Positions 60,189 to 64,000 of a DNA stretch of 64,000 nucleotides are shown piece by piece. The position numbers and the translations under genes were made by a program. Source of the stretch: a virus; IMG/VR virus record IMGVR_UViG_3300047562_003246, positions 64,001 to 128,000 of that record; one strand, 5' to 3'. Within the stretch, counting starts at the first letter, position 1. The number at the start of each line of letters is the position of its first letter. Under the pieces are notes generated by a model that saw only the letters and a program-made list of their open reading frames with translations, did not search any database and was not told where the DNA came from.

Positions 60189-61229
60189 ATGAATGTACCC
60201 GACAGGAAGTCTCGGGTCAAGAGCGTTCTCTCGCGATCCGTCAAAGAATTCGAAGAAATACAAAAGATAACAGGAGCTAAAAACCTACCTAAGTTCGAAC
60301 TGCTGATGCAAAACAAAGCACGAATTGTCCAGCAAACCAAAGCTGTTCTAGAAGAATCTTGGAACAATAGACTAGATGCTATATACCGAGGCGACATAGC
60401 GGACTCCCGCATGTTTCCTATCAAAGAGTTTCACGACAGACTCAACGATGTGGAACGCTGCTGCACAGAGTACACACGTTATGGTCCTGTGTTTGCGTGC
60501 CAGCAAAGTCTCGCATGTCCCATCTGTAACAGCCACGCTGCGTACGCTTTTGCTTCTCAAAGAACAGCGATGCTTTTTGAACAACTTGGAAAAGTAGATT
60601 ACGTCAAAGTTTTCGAAATCGTAATTAACTTTGGCGATGTGTACATGAGTTTTGCTCCAGAACGATTCGACGAACTTAGCCAAGTGCGAACAGACATACG
60701 AGACTTCTTCGCTAAACGCGATAAAGCTTTTCTGCTACAGGGTTCGAAACGAGGCTATCCAAAAACGTATCGACTACTCGATATGTTCATTCACTCTGCA
60801 CCGTCAACAGTAAACACGCAAATGATCTTCCCGCATCTGCATGTTGTCGGCGTACCTGTATCCACAAGAACAACGCTAGATGATTTTGTCGACGCAGTAT
60901 ACGCCGCTTGCAAAAACTGGAATATTCAGGCTGGGGTAAATTTTTCACCTTCAGAAACTTTCTACGCGAAAAAAGCTTCAGGCAAAAAAACAAAAAACAC
61001 CAAAGACTTTTTCAGAAAGATGCACTACTTAGCGAGGTGTATTAAACCAAGTAGTCACAACGGTAATTCGTATCTGAGCACCGTGACAAGCGTACCTAGA
61101 ATCTTGCGGCAGCGAACAAGTAAATCAGGTACCACAGTGAGCGAGCAATACCGAAAAATTAAAGCTGCTGGTAACGCCAAAATAATCGCTAGGTTTGATA
61201 GCCAGGTTTCACAGTTCCGAATAGTGTAG
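60189..61229 (+). CDS. HUH-superfamily endonuclease-like (Rep/IS91-type) protein
   Basis: CC...CQQSLACPIC Zn-binding region, FEIVINF (motif I-like), FPHLHVV (HUH), HYLAR (catalytic Tyr, Y-x-x-K-like). Confidence 0.6.
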   Translation: MNVPDRKSRVKSVLSRSVKEFEEIQKITGAKNLPKFELLMQNKARIVQQTKAVLEESWNNRLDAIYRGDIADSRMFPIKEFHDRLNDVERCCTEYTRYGPVFACQQSLACPICNSHAAYAFASQRTAMLFEQLGKVDYVKVFEIVINFGDVYMSFAPERFDELSQVRTDIRDFFAKRDKAFLLQGSKRGYPKTYRLLDMFIHSAPSTVNTQMIFPHLHVVGVPVSTRTTLDDFVDAVYAACKNWNIQAGVNFSPSETFYAKKASGKKTKNTKDFFRKMHYLARCIKPSSHNGNSYLSTVTSVPRILRQRTSKSGTTVSEQYRKIKAAGNAKIIARFDSQVSQFRIV

Positions 61230-61279
61230 GATCCTGCGCAGTCGCTTAGGTAACTCAAAATGCGGCAGTCCTACTACTA
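61222..61279. other. Long imperfect hairpin at the 3' end of the HUH gene
   Basis: tagt-gtagga-tc-ctgc-gca ... tgc-g-gcag-tcctac-t-acta. Confidence 0.6.
61226..61239 (-). repeat. Dispersed 14-mer, exact copy (reverse), overlapping the HUH gene stop codon
   Basis: gtaggatcctgcgc; TAG 61227-29 is the stop. Confidence 0.95.
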
Positions 61280-61714
61280 ATGGAAACAATTCCTCTAGGC
61301 GCGAAAAGTTTTTATAAAACAAATCGCGAATTTTCAAAATTTCATTGGGTTTTTTGGAACTTGTTCAGCAATCCCCATCAGGAGTATCTACCCTTGTCCA
61401 CACAAACCTTCAGACACACGCACTCAAACCCACACATCACTGCAATTATGAAAGTAATAACCTCTTGGTCCACTGTGAAACCCAACGACCGAATCATCTG
61501 CAAAGTATCCGTATTCGAACCGACTCTTATCCCTGATCAAAAACCCGGTAGTTGCTACTACCTCCGAATCACTTCAGTAAACCAAACCGATACTGACTTC
61601 GTCTTTGATACCCAGTACGAAAACCAAAACTTCGAACCTATTCCAGGCTTAACCAAACTACTCACCATCCCGCTTGGCGAAGATAACCGCTTCATAGTTC
61701 TTCGTAAGCCGTAA
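61280..61714 (+). CDS. Hypothetical protein
   Basis: Probable start ATG 61448 (MKVITSW...), SH3-like beta pattern. Confidence 0.35.
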   Translation: METIPLGAKSFYKTNREFSKFHWVFWNLFSNPHQEYLPLSTQTFRHTHSNPHITAIMKVITSWSTVKPNDRIICKVSVFEPTLIPDQKPGSCYYLRITSVNQTDTDFVFDTQYENQNFEPIPGLTKLLTIPLGEDNRFIVLRKP

Positions 61715-62035
61715 TGCTTTTAACTCTCGCACACAAACTTGTAGCATGCCAAAAGTAAACCAACCCAAATACGACATACCTACCGACCTACCAACCTACT
61801 GAATCTGCTTAAAGCAAACTGCTCTGTACACACAATCATCCAGTACAAAAACGGACGCATCTGGCTTTACTGCCACAACCATGCCTACGATCACAACGGC
61901 GTACTCGCCGATAACTACCTGCGACAACTAATAAACCAGTTGCCTCCAGGCTCACTTGCAGGTCACGACAATAGCCCAGCACTGTTCAACCTCAGAAACA
62001 GACACGGCAAACGAATTTAGCTCAGTAATCACTTT

Positions 62036-63277
62036 TTGTTCACTCCACTTAGTCCAGGATCAAACCAAATGTCAACAACAACAAAAAGCAATCACCCACT
62101 CGCAGATCTGTGTCTACCAGTCGAACAACTCTACGCAGAAGACCACATCTACCAACTTGTATCCTCGCAAAAACTAATCCAAGCTATTCCGACTCTAGAA
62201 CACTACATACCGCAAGTGCTATTCATGCACTCGAACCAACCAGAACTAACCAATCTGTACCTGCAGGCAATGCTGCTAAAGCACCAAAACCAAAATCTAG
62301 ATTTAACTCAGCCACTTCAAAAACTTCACTTAACAGCCGAGCAGTTCAGCAAGCTCGATCAGTACATCGCCGTCATTCCTAAATGGGTCTACCCACCACA
62401 AACAAAAGCACTCAAAATGACAACGCCGCCTGATTGTCATCCAGTTGTCGAACCGATTTACCAGTTCGCGCAGCTTCTAGACATGCCTGCCTCGGGTACC
62501 TACGCCCAAGACTACATGGACGATCAGCAATACACGATATTTATGCAAAGTCAAAAACCTGAAACGAGTCAATTCAAAAAACATCTGGTGACCAGGATCT
62601 TCGAAACACTCCACAACCAGTACGCTACAAACAATCCGGTTTACAGCAAAAGATATTTCTTGCGAACAGAAACAGATCTGGCACTGTACTCTTTACAGGG
62701 CTCCTCACGTATTACTGAAACCCAATTAAACACAGTACAAGATTTGCTTTATGCAGAGAACGTACTGACCCGTAAAGAACATCTTATGGACTACCGGCCA
62801 CTGAAGTTCATTCGGTTTTTGCTTGCAAGCAGACGCTATTTCTGCTTTGAGTTTTATAGGGTTTCACTTCATCGTGTCTGGTCGAGTAACAATCCATCTT
62901 TGTTCAGCGAGATTGACTACTCGAAACCAGAGAAAATTACACAGCAGTTATTTCATAACCTCGATAACATGCGTCAAGACTTCGAACTTGAAGTCACTTA
63001 TGATCGTCAGAAATTTCATGAACTTACTACAGGAAAAATCACTGCACAGCAAGCTGCAGAGACAACCCTGTCGGCAGATCTAGATGCTTATCCGGCAAAT
63101 AATCTGACCGTGACTCTGCCGATGTGTACAGCCACAACCAACGCAGTAGCCTTGCTGTTTAGTTTGGCGTCTCAGTTGCCTAAGTACACCATGTACCATT
63201 CGTACTTGGCTAAAGACTTCAAAACCCTTCAGCAAAACCTGGAACAACCCACGATGACCGTAAGCTCCGTTTTGTAG
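62036..63277 (+). CDS. Hypothetical protein (Q/L/T-rich)
   Basis: 413 aa; probable start ATG 62069 after AGGA; stop lies inside the 20-bp palindrome. Confidence 0.45.
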   Translation: MFTPLSPGSNQMSTTTKSNHPLADLCLPVEQLYAEDHIYQLVSSQKLIQAIPTLEHYIPQVLFMHSNQPELTNLYLQAMLLKHQNQNLDLTQPLQKLHLTAEQFSKLDQYIAVIPKWVYPPQTKALKMTTPPDCHPVVEPIYQFAQLLDMPASGTYAQDYMDDQQYTIFMQSQKPETSQFKKHLVTRIFETLHNQYATNNPVYSKRYFLRTETDLALYSLQGSSRITETQLNTVQDLLYAENVLTRKEHLMDYRPLKFIRFLLASRRYFCFEFYRVSLHRVWSSNNPSLFSEIDYSKPEKITQQLFHNLDNMRQDFELEVTYDRQKFHELTTGKITAQQAAETTLSADLDAYPANNLTVTLPMCTATTNAVALLFSLASQLPKYTMYHSYLAKDFKTLQQNLEQPTMTVSSVL

Positions 63278-63289
63278 GATCCTACAAAA
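63270..63289. repeat. Perfect 20-bp palindrome TTTTGTAGGATCCTACAAAA, symmetric form of the dispersed motif
   Basis: Read directly. Confidence 0.95.
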
Positions 63290-63334
63290 TAAAGCTCTTT
63301 AAAAGTTTACTTACACACACACGAGTTAAAACCC

Positions 63335-63568
63335 ATGACAAGAAAAACCTTTAGCGACCTGGACTTTATTAGCAACAAAGCAGCATGGCCAAACGGCGTA
63401 TGCTGCCTGCTCAAAGAAACTAGCTCAGGTCGCGAGTTTGGATTTCTACAAGCAAGCGACATCCAGCTCACTGTTAACCTGGGGATGATCTGGGAAGGAG
63501 GCACAGGCGAAACGAAAACCTATAACTCAGTAGAGGAGTTACTCTCTGACGGCTGGTTAGTAGACTAG
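63335..63568 (+). CDS. Small hypothetical protein
   Basis: 77 aa ending WLVD. Confidence 0.45.
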   Translation: MTRKTFSDLDFISNKAAWPNGVCCLLKETSSGREFGFLQASDIQLTVNLGMIWEGGTGETKTYNSVEELLSDGWLVD

Positions 63569-63606
63569 CGATAATAGACTAACCTAGCTAAATAGGCCCC
63601 AGCGTA

Positions 63607-64000
63607 ATGAGCAAAATAAAACGACTAAGAAAATCCTTAGTTAAATCTAACCAAGATATTAGTACTACTAGAACAATAAAAGATTTACTTCTTGCGCTAG
63701 GTTATTCTCAAGCACTGTTCGACGTGGTTGTAATCACGGACGGTAGTGGGTCAAGCTGGCCAAAACCTACAGGATCAGCTGCCCTTGTTGCTGTTAGACA
63801 TCAAGAAGAAATTTTATTACATAGTTCTAGTAGTGCAGGTACTAACCAGACCGCAGAACTTGATGCGGTCTGTCTTGCAATGAGATACCTTTTAAGTCAG
63901 AATCATCACAAACAAAAGAAAGGATGCCGAGTACTTGTAATCACTGATAGTTTGCTGGTAGAAAATACTCTTAAGGGTATTGCAGAAGATCCAATCAAGT
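63607..64000 (+). CDS. rnhA: Ribonuclease HI-like protein, 3'-truncated
   Basis: Translated by hand from ATG 63607: VITDGS, GTNQTAELDA, VITDS, which are the three conserved RNase HI acidic motifs; runs off the window. Confidence 0.85.
   Translation, partial: MSKIKRLRKSLVKSNQDISTTRTIKDLLLALGYSQALFDVVVITDGSGSSWPKPTGSAALVAVRHQEEILLHSSSSAGTNQTAELDAVCLAMRYLLSQNHHKQKKGCRVLVITDSLLVENTLKGIAEDPIK

Noticed and set aside
1-64000. Stop-codon reassignment
   Set aside because: Genes are long and tightly packed under the standard code, and TAA, TAG and TGA all end genes at coupled junctions.
1-64000. tRNA, rRNA, intron or intein
   Set aside because: No cloverleaf with a GTTCRA T-loop was noticed; terminase and capsid genes are of normal length without intein motifs. 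A formal scan was not run.

Overview
The window is a 64 kb slice of a large contractile-tailed (myovirus-like, possibly jumbo) dsDNA phage genome read in the standard code, almost all on the + strand. Left to right: putative internal/head proteins; a terminator-bounded cassette (S8 subtilisin protease, two exported CxxCH cytochrome-c-type proteins, a CAP/SCP protein, a Q/V/H-rich exported protein) whose protein styles point to a Planctomycetota host; a head module (prohead protease, scaffold-like proteins, decoration protein, major capsid protein); neck, tail sheath, tube, spike/hub, tail chaperone with a likely -1 programmed frameshift, tape measure; a baseplate module with a sigma-70-like gene embedded; five paralogous Cys-containing tail/baseplate proteins; a collagen plus Cys-rich fibre; then a primase-like protein, a reverse-strand terminase large subunit, an HUH endonuclease-like gene flanked by hairpins, and a truncated RNase HI. 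No tRNA, rRNA or CRISPR array was seen. The most striking unexplained signals are (1) a 14-bp motif GCGCAGGATCCTAC found 9 times exactly plus 3 variants, in several reading frames and both orientations, with one copy forming the foot of a hairpin at the end of the HUH gene, and (2) a K-x-A motif saturating the head-module proteins, a candidate prohead-protease cleavage code. All product calls come from motif recognition by eye, not database searches.
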